A stretch of DNA of 64,000 nt from Eledone cirrhosa (taxonomy: Eukaryota). The position numbers and the translations under genes were made by a program. The stretch is taken from positions 66,712,001 through 66,776,000 of the forward strand of contig OZ024744.1 of the NCBI GenBank assembly GCA_964016885.1, in the 5' to 3' direction. Positions 38,705-53,000 of this stretch are shown piece after piece (position 1 is the first letter of the stretch; each line of letters opens with the position of its first letter). The notes below the pieces were generated by a model, which saw nothing but the letters and a program-made list of their open reading frames with translations, did no database searches and was not told the origin of the DNA.

Positions 38705-39246
38705 ATTGTTGTTGTTGCTGTTGTTGTCTCAGTCATTGTTGTTGTCGTCGTTGTTGTTGGTGGTGTTGTTGTTGTTGTTATTGTCGTTGTTGTCGTCGTT
38801 GTTGTTGTTGGTGTTGTTGATATTATCATTTTGTTGTTGTTGTTGTCTCAGTCATTGTTGTTGTCGTCGTTGTTGTTGGTGGTGTTGTTGTTGTTGTTAT
38901 TGTCGTTGTTGTCGTCGTTGTTGTTGTTGGTGTTGTTGATATTATCATTTTGTTGTTGTTGTTGTTGTTATTGTCGTCGTTGATGTTGATATTATCATTG
39001 TTGCTGTTGTTGTTGTTATTGTCGTTGTTGTTGTTGATGTTGTTTGCTATTGTCGTTGTTGTTGCTGTTGTTGTTGTTGTCATTGTTGTTGTTCTTGTTG
39101 TTGTCGTTGTTATTGTTGTTGGTGTTGTTGATATTATCATTGTTGTTGTTGTTGGTGGTGGTGGTGATGTTTTTTGTTATTGTCGTTGTTGTTGCTGTTG
39201 TTGTTATTGTTGTCATTGATATTATTGTTGTTGTTTGTTGTTGTTG

Positions 39247-39277
<31 letters not shown>

Positions 39278-39320
39278 CGTTGTTATTCGTTGTCGATGCT
39301 GTTGTTGGTGTTGTTGATGA

Positions 39321-39368
<48 letters not shown>

Positions 39369-39445
39369 CCTTGTTGTTATTTTCGTTGTTGTTGATGATG
39401 TTGTTGTTATTGTTCGTTGTTGTTGGTGTTGTTGTCATTGTTGCT
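38705..39445. repeat. (GTT)n compound tract with a ~119-bp internal duplication
   Basis: TGTCTCAGTCATT at ~38725 and ~38844. Confidence 0.93.
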
Positions 39446-39793
39446 TAATGTAAGGTCAGTCTTGATAGAGCAGACCAATAATCACAGATCATAGGTGGTC
39501 TGTTTGTAACCACTGTATCTTTTTTTCTTTGTTTTTATTTTTCAGACATAACGTATGAAAGACTACATTATTGAAATTATAATTCCTTGTTGTTTGTTTA
39601 ACCCCAGGGCAGCTCTAATCTAGCAGAACTGTAATCAAATGAGTCCCAACCATGACTATCCTGTTTTTTTTCTCAATCATAGTTATATCAAGAACTATAT
39701 TACCTATCTAACTTCTTGGTGGTTGTGTGGGATTAGAGATAGATTTGGTTTTTATTTCTAGCAGGTTGAGTAACAATTTAAATTGTCATTTAA

Positions 39794-40004
39794 CCCTTTA
39801 GTATTTAAACTGGCCGTATCCGGCTAGAATTCTCTCACCTCTTTCTCTTCAAACTGACTGTAACCAGCCACTCATACTGATGTTAAGGTATTCTTCTCAA
39901 AATAAATAATAACAAAGTCTCATAGATTCCACATTATGGTAGACGATTATGTGAGGTAAAGCCGTTACCATGAAAATGTAATAGTAAATATAAATGCTAA
40001 AGGT
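39794..40004. mobile_element. Solo piggyBac-like MITE (211 bp)
   Basis: TTAA-CCCTTTAGTATTTA ... TAAATGCTAAAGGT-TTAA; same family as 25189-25607. Confidence 0.8.
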
Positions 40005-40105
40005 TTAACATAAAATGTCAGCCCTGATTCAGCAGAGGGGTTCCAGTCCTGATTATCCTGCCTCTGTCATCATACATAAAGGACTATATTTTTTTAATAT
40101 GTTCA

Positions 40106-40170
40106 TATGGGGGTCAGCTGAAAAGTTCATAGGCTGTAAAGTTCATAGGCTGACCAATATACTCTCATAG
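40106..40170 (+). mobile_element. Possible Tc1/mariner terminal fragment
   Basis: TA-TGGGGGTCAGCTGAAAAGTTC resembles mariner-type TIR starts; no matching second end found. Confidence 0.3.
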
Positions 40171-40309
40171 AATGAACTCTTCTTTTCTTTTTTTGCCATC
40201 ATTGTATCAGTGTTTGATGAACCATGACGTTCCATGCTGTTCGATCTTGGGCGAGATCCCATACACCTGTAAACAGGTATAGAGGAAGATATATATATGT
40301 ATATATATA

Positions 40310-40478
40310 TATAACGAAGGAGTTATGGTAAGGAACCAAATGGACCATAACGTACCAGAATACTCAATACTTAGGGTAGTAGAGTGGGTAATAGGAAAAT
40401 GTTTGACCCCGACGGCAGAGCTCAAGCCGTTTCGACATCTATTTCTGGAGTCCAGAAATAGCCGTCGAAACATTTTCC

Positions 40479-40482
<4 letters not shown>
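40310..40482 (-). other. Probable Penelope-like pLTR remnant with hammerhead-like fold and fold-back inverted duplication
   Basis: Minus strand GACTCC-AGAAATA-G-ATGT-C-GAAA-CGGC-TTGAGCTCT-GCCG-TC-GGGGTC; hairpin centred at 40450; flanked by (TA)n. Confidence 0.5.
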
Positions 40483-40519
<37 letters not shown>

Positions 40520-40663
40520 ATGAATTACATATAAATGCCATAGTTTTTTGAGGCAGTATTTAAATTCATGTATAAATAATGTTATGCTTACTACAATCTA
40601 ATATTAGACTATTTAAATTGCTGCCTTTGGAATCAAGTCCATCTAAGAAGCAGATTATTTTGG

Positions 40664-41010
40664 TAATGTTACTTGTGATAGACTGGTGACATATCCTGGT
40701 GGAGATATATCTCTCATCCTCTCTGTTGTGTTTCTATATACAACACTATATTACTACATTACCACAGTCCACCTAGGTACCACCAGATAATGTTACTTGT
40801 GATAGACTGGTGACATATCCTGGTAGAGATTTATCTCTCATCCTCTCTGTTGTGTTTCTATATACAACACTATATTACTACATTACCACAGTCCACCTAG
40901 GTATCACCAGATAATGTTACCTGTGATAGACTGGTGACATATCCTGGTGGAGATTTATCTCTCATCCTCTCTGTTGTGTTTCTATAAACAACATTATATT
41001 ACTACATTAC
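40664..41010. repeat. 124-bp tandem repeat, 2.8 copies
   Basis: TAATGTTAC starts at 40664, 40788 and 40912. Confidence 0.95.
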
Positions 41011-41028
41011 CTGGCTATATATATATAT

Positions 41029-44000
41029 GGACTGTTGCCAGTGGAGTGTTTTGGTTATAGACACAGTACAGTGAACTATACTACACTGTGGTACGTACTT
41101 ACAGCTAGGTGGACTGTTGACAGTAGAGTATAATAGTTATAGACACAGTACAGTGAAATATACCACACTGTGGTACCTACTTACAGCCAGGTGGACTATT
41201 GACAATTAAGTGTCTTGGTTATAGACACAGTACAGTGAACTATACCACACTGTGGTACCTACTTACAGCTAGGTGGACTGTTGACAGTTAAGTGTATTGG
41301 TTATAGACACAGTACAGTGAAATATAGCACACTGTGGTACCTACTTACAGCTAGGTGGACTGTTGACAGTTAAGTGTCTTAGTTATAGACACAGTACAGT
41401 GAACTATACCACACTGTCGTACCTACTTACAGCTAGGGGGACTGTTGACAGTTAAGTGTCTTGGTTATAGACACAGTACAGTGAACTATATCACACTGTG
41501 GTACCTACTTACAGCTAGGTGGACTGTTGACAGGGAGTGTCTTGGTTATAGACACAGTACAGTGAATTATACCACACTGTGGTACCTACTTACAGCTAGG
41601 TGGACTGTTGACAGTGGAGTGTCTTAGTTATAAACACAGTACAGTGAGCTATATCACACTGTGGTACCTACTTACAGCTAGGTCGACTGTTGACAGTTAA
41701 GTATCTTGGTTATAGACACAGTACAGTGAACTATACCACACTGTCGTACCTACTTACGGCTAGGGGGACTGTTGACAGTTAAGTGTCTTGGTTATAGACA
41801 CAGTACAGTGAACTATAGCACACTGTGGTACCTACTTACAGCTAGGTGGACTGTTGACAGTGGAGTGTCTTGGTTATAGACACAGTACAGTGAACTATAC
41901 CACACTGTGGTTCCTACTTACAGCTCGGTGGACTTTTGACAGTGGAGTGTCTTGGTTATAGACACAGTACAGTGAACTATAGCACACTGTGGTACCTACT
42001 TACAGCTAGGTGGACTGTTGACAGTGGAGTGTCTTGGTTATAGACACAGTACAGTGAACTATACCACACTGTGGTACCTACTTACAGCTAGGTGGACTGT
42101 TGACAGTTAAGTGTCTTGGTTATAGACACAGTACAGTGAACTATACCACACTGTGGTACCTACTTACAGCTAGGTGGACTGTTGACAGTTAAGTGTCTTG
42201 GTTATAGACACAGTACAGTGAACTATACCAGAATGTGGTACCTACTTACAGCTAGGTGGACTGTTGACAGTTAAGTGTCTTGATTATAGTCACAGTACAG
42301 TGAACTATACCACACTGTGGTACCTACTTACAGCTAGTGGGACTGTTGACAGTTAAGTGTCTTGGTTGTAGACACAGTAACGTGAACTATACCACACTGT
42401 GGTACCTACTTACAGCTAGGTGGACTGTTGACAGTGGAGTGTCTTGGTTATAGACACAGTACAGTGAACTATACCACACTGTGGTACCTACTTATAGCTA
42501 GGTGGACTGTTGACAGTTAAGTGTCTTAGTAATAGACACAGTACAGTGAACTATACCAGACTGTGGTACCTACCTACAGCTAGGTGGACTGTTAACAGTT
42601 AAGTGTCTTGGTTATAGACACAGTACAGTGAAATACATCACACTGTGGTACCTACTTACAGCTAGTTGGACTGTTGACAGTGGAGTGTCTTGGTTATATA
42701 CACAGTACAGCGAACTATACCACACTGTGGTATCTACTTACAGTTAGTTGGACTGTTGACAGTTAAGTTTCTTGGTTATAGACACAGTACAGTGAACTAT
42801 ACTACACTGTGGTATCTACTTACAGCTAGGTGGACTGTTGACAGTGGAGTATCTTAGTTATAGACACAGTACGGTGAACTATACCACACTGTGGTATCTA
42901 CTAACAACTAGGTGGACTGTTGACAGTTAAGTATGTTAGTTATAGACACAGTACAGGGATCTATACCAGACTGTGGTACCTACTTACAGCTAGGTGGACT
43001 GTTGACAGTTAAGTGTCTTGATTATAGACACAGTACAGTGAACTATACCAGACTGTGGTACCTACTTACAGCTAGGTGGACGGTTGACAGTTAAGTGTCT
43101 TGGTTATAGACACATTACAGTGAAATATATCACACTGTCGGACCTACTTACAGCTAGGTGGACTATTGACAGTGGAGTGTCTTGGTTATAGACACAGTAC
43201 AGTGAACTATACCACACTGTGGTACCTACTTACAGCTAGGTGGACTGTTGATAGTGGAGTATCTTGGTTATAGACAGAGTACAGTGAATTATACCACACT
43301 GTGGTACCTACTTACAGCTAGGTGGACTGTTGACAGTGGAGTATCTTGGTTATAGACACAGTACAGTGAACTATATCACACTGTGGTACCTACTTACAGC
43401 TAGGGGGACTGTTGATAGTTAAGTGTCTTGGTTATAGACACAGTACAGTGAACTATACCACACTGTGGTACCTACTTACAGCTAGGTGGACTGTTGACAA
43501 TGGAGTGTCTTGGTTATAGACACATTACAGTGAACTATACCACACTCTGGTACCTACAAACAGCTAGGTGGACTGGACTGTTGACAGCTAAGTGTGTTGG
43601 TTATAGACACAGTACATTGAACTATACCACACTGTGGTACCTACTTACAGCTAGTTGGACTGTTGACAGGGGAGGTCTTGGTAATAGACACAGTGCAGTG
43701 AACTATGCCACACTGTGGTACCTACTTACAGCCAGGTGGACTGTTGACAGTTAAGTGTCTTGGTCATAGACACAGTATAGTGAACTATACTACAATGTGG
43801 TACCTACTTACAGCTAGGTGGACTGTTGACAGGGAGTGTCTTGGTTATAGACACAGTACAGTGAACTATATCACACTGTGGTACCTACTTACAGCTAGGT
43901 GGACTGTTGACAGTTAAGTGTCTTAGTTATAGACACAGTACAGTGACTATACCACACTGTGGTACCTACTTACAGCTAGGTGGACTGTTGACAGTTAAGT

Positions 44001-47000
44001 GTCTTAGTTATAGACACAGTAGAGTGAATTATACCACACTGTGGTACCTACTTACAGCTAGGTGGACTGTTGTCAGTGGAGTGTCTTAGTTATAGACACA
44101 GTACAGTGAACTATATCACACTGTCGGACCTACTTACAGCTAGGGGGACTGGACTGTTGACAGTTAAGTGTCTTGGTTATAGACACAGTACCGTGAACTA
44201 TACCACACTGTTTTATCTACTTACAGCAAGGTGGACTGTTGACAGTTAAGTGTCTTGGTTATAGACACAGTACAGTGAACTATACCACCCTGTGGTACCT
44301 ACTAACAGCTAGGTGAACTGTTGACAGTGGAGTGTCATGGTTATAGACACAGTACAGTGAACTATACGACACTGTGGTACCTACTTATAGCTAGGTGGAC
44401 TGTTGACAGTGGAGTATCTTGGTTATAGACACAGTACAGTGAACTATAGCACAATGTGGTACCTACTTATAGCTAGGTGGACTGTTGACAGTGGAGTGTC
44501 TTGGTTATAGACACAGGACAGTGAACTATAGCACACTGTGGTACCTACTTACAGCTAGGTGGACTGTTGACAGTGGATTGTCTTAGTTATAGACACTGTA
44601 CAGTGAACTATACCAGACTGTGGTACCTACCTACAGCTAGGTGGACGGTTGACAGTGGAGTGTCTTGGTTATAGACACAGTACAGTGAACTATATCACAC
44701 TGTGGTACTTACTTACAGCTAGGTGGACTGGACTGTTGACAGTTAAGTGTCTTGTTTATAGACACAGTACAGTGAACTATACCACACTGTGGAACCTACT
44801 TACAGCTAGGTGGACTGTTGACAGTTAAGTGTCTTGATTATAGACACAGTACAGTGAATTATACCACACTGTGGTACCTACTTACAGCTAGGTGGACTGT
44901 TGACAGTGGAGTGTCTTGATTATAGACACAGTACAGTGAACTATATCACACTGTGGTACCTACTTACAGCTAGGTGGACTGTTGACAGTTAAGTGTCTTG
45001 GTTATAGACACAGTACCGTGAACTATACCACACTGTTGTAAGTACTTATAGCTAGGTGGACTGTTGACGGTTAAGTGTCTTGGTTATAGACACAGTACCA
45101 TGAACTATACCACACTGTTTTATCTACATACAGCTAGGTGGATTGTTGACAGTTAAGTTTCTTGGTTATAGACACAGTACAGTGAACTATACCACCCTGT
45201 GGTACCTACTTACAGCTAGGTGAAATGTTGACAGTGGAGTGTCATGGTTATAGACACAGTACAGTGAACTATACGACACTGTGGTACCTACTTATAGCTA
45301 GGTGGACTGTTGACAGTGGAGTATCTTGGTTATAGACACAGTACAGTGAACTATAGCACAATGTGGTACCTACTATAGCTAGGTGGACTGTTGACAGTGG
45401 AGTGTCTTGGTTATAGACACAGGACAGTGAACTATAGCACACTGTGGTACCTACTTACAGCTAGGTGGACTGTTGACAGTGGATTGTCTTAGTTATAGAC
45501 ACTGTACAGTGAACTATACCAGACTGTGGTACCTACCTACAGCTAGGTGGACGGTTGACAGTGGAGTGTCTTGGTTATAGACACAGTACAGTGAACTATA
45601 TCACACTGTGGTACCTACTTACAGCTAGGTGGACTGGACTGTTGACAGTTAAGTGTCTTGTTTATAGACACAGTACAGTGAACTATACCACACTGTGGAA
45701 CCTACTTACAGCTAGGTGGACTGTTGACAGTTAAGTGTCTTGATTATAGACACAGTACAGTGAATTATACCACACTGTGGTACCTACTTACAGCTAGGTG
45801 GACTGTTGACAGTGGAGTGTCTTGATTATAGACACAGTACAGTGAACTATACCACACTGTGGAACCTACTTACAGCTAGGTGGACTGTTGACAGTTAAGT
45901 GTCTTGATTATAGACACAGTACAGTGAATTATACCACACTGTGGTACCTACTTACAGCTAGGTGGACTGTTGACAGTGGAGTGTCTTGATTATAGACACA
46001 GTACAGTGAACTATACCACACTGTGGTACCTACTTACAGCTAGGTGGACTGTTGACAGTTAAGTGTCTTGATTATAGACACAGTACAGTGAACTATATCA
46101 CACTGTGGTACCTACTTACAGCTAGGTGGACTGTTGAAAGTGGAGTGTCTTAGTTATAGACACAGTACAGTGAACTATACCACACTGTGGTACCTACTTA
46201 CAGCTAGGTGGACTGGACTGTTGACAGTTAAGTATCTTGGTTATAGACACAGCACAGTGAACTATACCACACTGTGGTACCTACTTACAGCTAGGTGGAC
46301 TGTTGACAGTGGAGTGTCTTGATTATAGACACAGTACAGTGAACTATACCACATTGTGGTTCCTACTTACAGCTAGGTGGACTGTTGACAGTGGAGTGTC
46401 TTGGTTATAGACACAGTACAGTGAACTATACCACACTGTGGTACCTACTTACAGCTAGGTGCACTGTTGACAGTGGAGTGTCTTGGTTATAGACTAATTA
46501 CAGTGAACTATACCAGACTGTGGTACCTACTTACAGCTAGGTGGAATGTTGACGGTTAAGTGTCTTGGTCATAGACACAGTATAGTGAACTATAGCACAC
46601 CGTGGTACCTACTTACAGCTAGGTGGACTGGTGATAGTTAAATGCCTTCGTTATAGACGCAGTACAGTAAACTATACCACACTGTGGTACCTACTTACAG
46701 CTAGGTGGACTGTTGACAGTGGAGTATCTTAGTTATAGACACAGTACAGTGAACTATACCAGACTGTGGTACCTATTTACAGCTAGGTGGACTGTTGACA
46801 GTTAAGTGTCTTGGTTATAGACACAGTACAGTGAAATATATCACACTGTGGTATCTACTTACAGCTAGGTGGACTTTTGATAGTTAAATGTCTTGGTTAT
46901 AGACACAGTACAGTGAATTATACCACACTGTGGTACCTACCTACAACTAGGTGGACTGTTGACAGTGGAGTGTCTTGGTTATAGACACAGTACAGTGAAA

Positions 47001-50000
47001 TATATCACACTGTGGTACCTACCTACAGCTAGGTGGACTGTTGACAGTGGAGTGTCTTGGTTATAGACACAGAACAGTAAACTATACTACACTGTGGTAC
47101 CTACTTACAGCTAGGTGGACTGTTGTCAGTTAAGTTTCTTGGTTATAGAGACAGTAGAGTGAACTATATCACACTGTGGTACCTTCTTACAGCTAGGTGG
47201 ACTGTTGACAATTAAGTGTCTTGGTTATAGACACAGTACAGTGAACTATATCACACTGTGGTACCTACTTACAGCTAGGTGGACTGTTGACAATTAAGTG
47301 TCTTGGTTATAGACACAGTAGAGTGAACTATATCACACTGTGGTACCTACTTACAGCTAGGTGGACTGTTGACAGTGGAGTGTCTTGGTTATAGACACAG
47401 TACAGTGAACTATATCACACTGTGGTACCTACCTACAGCTAGCTGGACTGTTGACAGTGGAGTGTCTTGGTTATAGACACAGTACAGTGAACTATACCAC
47501 ACTGTGGTACCTACTTATAGCTAGGTGGACTGTTGACAGTGGCGTGTCTTGGTCATAGACACAGTATAGTGAACTATACCACACTGTGGTACCTACTTAC
47601 AGCTAGGTGGACTGTTGACAGTGGAGTGTCTTGGTTATAGACACAGTACAGTGAACTATACCACACTGTGGTACCTACTTACAGCTAGGTGGACTGTTGA
47701 CAGTGGAGTGTCTTGGTCATAGACACAGTATAGTAAACTATACTACACTGTGGTACCTACTGACTGCTAGGTGGACTGTTGACAGTGGAGTATCTTACTT
47801 ATAGACACAGTACAGTGAACTATACTACACTGTGGTACCTACTTACAGCTAGGTGGACTGTTGACAGTTAAGTTTCTTGGTTATGGACACAGTACAGTAA
47901 TCTATACTACACTGTGGTACCTACTTACAGCTAGGTGGACTGTTGACAATTAAGTGTCTTGGTTATAGACACAGTACAGTGAACTATATCACACTGTGGT
48001 ACCTACTTACAGCTTCGTGGACTGTTGACAGTGGAGTATCTTAGTTATAGACAGAGTACAGTGAACTATACCACACTGTGGTACCTACTTACAGCTAGGT
48101 GGACTGTTGACAGTTAAGTGTCTTGGTTATAGACACAGTACAGTAAACTATACTAGACTGTGGTACCTACTTACAGCTAGGTGGACTGTTGACAATTAAG
48201 TGTCTTGGTTATAGACACAGTACATTGAACTATACCACACTGTGGTACCTACTTACAGCTAGGTGGACTGTTGACAGTTAAGTGTCTTGGTTATAGACAC
48301 AGTACAGTGAACTATACCACACTGTGTTACCTACTGACTTCTAGGTGGACTGTTGACAGTGGAGTATCTTACTTATAGACACAGTACAGTGAACTATGTC
48401 ACACTGTGGTACCTACTTACAGCTAGGTGGACTTTTGACAGTTAAGTATCTTGGTTATAGACACAGTACAGTGAACTATACCACACTGTGGTACCTACTT
48501 ACAGCTAACTGGACTGTTGACAATGGAGCGTCTTGGTCATAGACACATTACAGTGAACTATACCACACTGTGGTACCTACTTACAGCTAGGTCGATTGGA
48601 CTGTTGACAGTTAAGTGTCTGGTTATAGACACAGTAAAGTGAACTATACCACACTGTGGTACCTACTTACAGCTAGGTGGACTTTTGACAGTTAAGTGTC
48701 TTGGTTATAGACACAGTACAGTGAACTATATCACACTGTGGTACCTACTTACAGCTAGGTGGACTGTTGACAGTTAAGTTTCTTGGTTATAGACACAGTA
48801 CAGTAAACTATAGCACACTGTGGTATCTACTTACAGCTAGGTGGACTGTTGACAGTTAATTGTCTTGGTTATAGACACAGTATAGTGAACTATACCACAC
48901 TGTGCTACCTACTGACTGCTATGTGGACTGATGACAGTGGAGTATCTTACTTATAGACACAGTTCAGTGAACTATATCACACTGTGGTTCCTACTTACAG
49001 CTAGGTGGACTGTTGACAGTTAAGTATCTTAGTTATAGACACAGTACAGTGAACTATATCACACTGTGGTACCTACTTACAGCAAGGTGGACTGTTGACA
49101 GTGGAGTGTCTTGGTTATAGACACAGTACAGTGAACTATACCACACTGTGGTACCTACTGACTGCCATGTGGACTGTTGACAGTGGAGTATCTTACTTGT
49201 AGACACAGTTCAGTGAACTATATCACACCGTGGTACCTCCTTACAGCTAGGTGGACTGTTGACAGTTAAGTATCTTGGTTATAGACACAGTACAGAGAAA
49301 TATACCACACTGTGGTACCTACTTACAGCTAGCTGGACTGTTGACAGTTAAGTGTCTTGTTTGTAGACACAGTACAGTGAACTATTGCACACTGTGGTAC
49401 CTACTTACAGCTAGGTGGACTCTTGACAGTTAAGTGTCTTGGTTATAGACACAGTACAGTGAACTATACCACACTGTGGTACCTACTTATAGCTAGGTGG
49501 ACTGTTGATAATTAAGTGTTTTGGTTATAGACACAGTACAGTGAACTATACCACACTGTGGTACCTACTTACAGCTAGGTGGACTGTTGACAGTTAAGTG
49601 TCTTGGTTATAGACACAGTATAGTAAACTATACTACACTGTGGTACCTACTTACAGCTAGGTGGACAGTTGACAGTGGAGTGTCTTGGTTATAGACACAG
49701 TACAGTGAACTATACCACACTGTGGTGCCTACTTACAGCTAGGTGGACTGTTGACAGTTAAGTGTCTTGGTTATAGACACAGTATAGTGAACTATACCAC
49801 ACTGTGGTACCTACTTACAGCTAGCTGGACTGTTGACAGTTAAGTGTCTTGGTTATAGACACAGTACAGTGAACTATTGCACACTGTGGTACCTACTTAC
49901 AGCTAGGTGGACTGTTGACAGTGGAGTATCTTAGTTATGGACACAGTACAGTGAACTATACCAGACTGTGGTACCTACTTACAGCTAGGTGAACTGTTGA

Positions 50001-53000
50001 CAGTTAAGTGTATTGGTTATAGACAGAGTACAGTGAAATATATCACACTGTGGTACCTACTTACAGCTAGTTGGACTGTTGACAATGGAGTGTCTTGGTC
50101 ATAGACACATTACAGTGAACTATACCACACTGTGGTACCTACTTACAGCTAGGTGGACTGTTGACAGTTAAGTTTCTTGGTTATAGACACAGTATAGTGA
50201 ACTATACCACACTGTTGTACCTACTGACTGCTATGTGGATTGTTGACAGTGGAGTATCTTACTTATAGACACAGTTCAGTGAACTATATCACACTGTGGT
50301 ACCTCCTTACAGTTAGGTGGACTGTTGACAGTTAAGTATCTTGGTTATAGACACAGTACAGTGAACTATACCACACTGTGGTACCTACTTACAGCTAGCT
50401 CGACTGTTGACAGTTAAGTGTCTTGTTTATAGACACAGTTCAGTGAACTATACCACACTGAGGTACCTACTTACAGCTAGGTGGACTGTTGACAGTGGAG
50501 TATCTTGGTTATAGATACAGTACAGTGAACTATAGCACACTGTGGTATCTACTTACAGCTAGGGGGACTGTTGACAGTGGAGTGTCCTGGTTATAGACAC
50601 AGTACAGTGAACTATACAACACTGTGGTACCTACTTATGGCTAGGTGGACTGTTGACAGTGGAGTGTCTTGGTTATAGACACAGTACAGTGAACTATTGC
50701 ACACTGTGGTACCTACTTATAGCTAGGTGGACTGTTGACAGGTAAGTGTTTTGGTTATAGACACAGTACAGTGAACTATACCACACTGTGGTACCTACTT
50801 ACAGCTAGGTGGACTGGTGACAGTTAAGTGTCTTGGTTATAGACACAGTACAGTGAACTATACCACACTGTGGTACCTACTTACTGCTAGTTGGACTGTT
50901 GACAGTGGAGTGTCTTGGTTATAGACATAGTACAGTGAACTATACCACACTGTGGTACCTACTTACAGCTAGGTGGACTGTTGACAGTTAAGTGTCTTGG
51001 TTATAGACACAGTACAGTGAACTATACCACACTGTGGTACCTACTTATAGCTAGGTGGACTGTTGACAGTGGAGTGTCTTGGTCATAGACACAGTACAGT
51101 AAACTATACTACACTGTGGTATCTACTTACAGCTAGGTGGACTGTTGACAGTTAAGTGTCTTGGTTATAGACACAGTACAGTGAACTATACCACACTGTG
51201 GTACCTACTTACAGCTAGGTGGACTGTTGACAGTGGAGTGTCTTGGTTATAGACACAGTACCGTGAACTATACAGCACTGTGGTACATACTTACAGCTAG
51301 TTGGACTGATGACAGTTAAGTGTCTTGGTTATAGACACAGTACCGTGAACTATACCACACTGTGCTATCTACTTACAGCTAGGTGGACTGTTGAGAGTTA
51401 AGTGTCTTGGTTATAGACACAGTACAGTGAACTATACCACACTGTGGTACCTACTTACAGCTAGGTGGACTGTTGACAGCGGAGTGTCTTGGTTATAGAC
51501 ACAGTACAGTGAACTATACCACACTGTGGTACCTACTTACAGCTAGGTGGACTGTTGACAGTTAAGTATCTTGGTTATAGACACAGTACAGTGACTATAC
51601 CACACTGTGTACCTACTTACAACTAGGTGGACTGTTGACAGTTAAGTGTCTTGGTTATAGACACAGTACAGTGAACTATACCACCCTGTGGTACCTACTT
51701 ATAGCTAGGTGGACTGTTGGCAGTGGAGTATCTTGGTTATAGAGACAGTACAGTGAACTATAGCACACTGTGGTACCTACTTACAGCTAGGTGAACTGTT
51801 GACAGTGGAGTGTCATGGTTATAGACACAGTACAGTGAACTATACGACACTGTCGTACCTACTTATAGCTAGGTGGACTGTTGACAGTGGAGTGTCTTGG
51901 TTATAGACACAGGACAGTGAACTATAGCACAATGTGGTACCTACTTATAGCTAGGTGGACTGTTGACAGTAGATTGTCTTGGTTATAGACACAGTACCGT
52001 GAACTATACCACACTGTTTTATCTACTTACAGCTAGGTGGCCTCTTGACAGTGGAGTATCTTGGTTATAGACACAGTACAGTGAACTATACCAGACTGTG
52101 GTACCTACTTACAGCTAGGTGGATTGTTGACAGTGGAGTGTCTTGGTTATAGACACAGTACAGTGAAATATACCACACTGTGGAACCTACTTACAGCTAG
52201 GTGGACTGTTGACAATGGAGTGTCTTGGTCATAGACACATTACAGTGAACTATACCACACTGTGGTACCTACTTACAGCTAAGTGGACTGGACTGTTGAC
52301 AATTAAGTGTGTTGGTTATAGACACAGTACACTGAACTATACCACACTGTGGTACCTACTTACAACTAGGTGGACTGTTGACAGTGGAGTATCTTAGTTA
52401 TAGACACAGTACATTGAACTATACAAGACTGTGGTACCTACTTACAGATAGGTGGACTGTTGACAGTTAAGTGTCTTGGTTATAGACACAGTACAGTTAA
52501 ATACATCACACTGTGGTACCTACTTACAGCTAGGTGGACTGTTGACAGATAAGTATCTTGGTTATAGACACAGTACAGTGAACTATAGCAGACTGTGGTA
52601 CCTACTTACAGCTAGGTGGACTGTTGACAGTTAAGTGTCTTGGCTATAGACACAGTACAGTGAACTATACCACCCTGTGGTACCTACTTATAGCTAGGTG
52701 GACTGTTGACAGTGGAGTATCTTGGTTATAGAGACAGTACAGTGAACTATAGCACACTGTGGTACCTACTTACAGCTAGGTGAACTGTTGACAGTGGAGT
52801 GTCTTGGTTATAGACACAGGACAGTGAACTATACCAGACTGTGGTACCTACTTACAGCTAGGTGGACTGTTGACAGTTAAGTGTCTTGGTTATAGACACA
52901 TGACAGTGAACTATAGCACACTGTGGTACCTACTTACAGCTAGGTGGACTGTTGACAGTGGAGTGTCTTGGTTATAAACACAGTACAGTGAACTATACCA

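Noticed and set aside
41029-41110. Satellite monomer as a tRNA gene or tRNA derivative
   Set aside because: Length and hairpins are suggestive, but I find no acceptor stem or proper B-box/T-loop.
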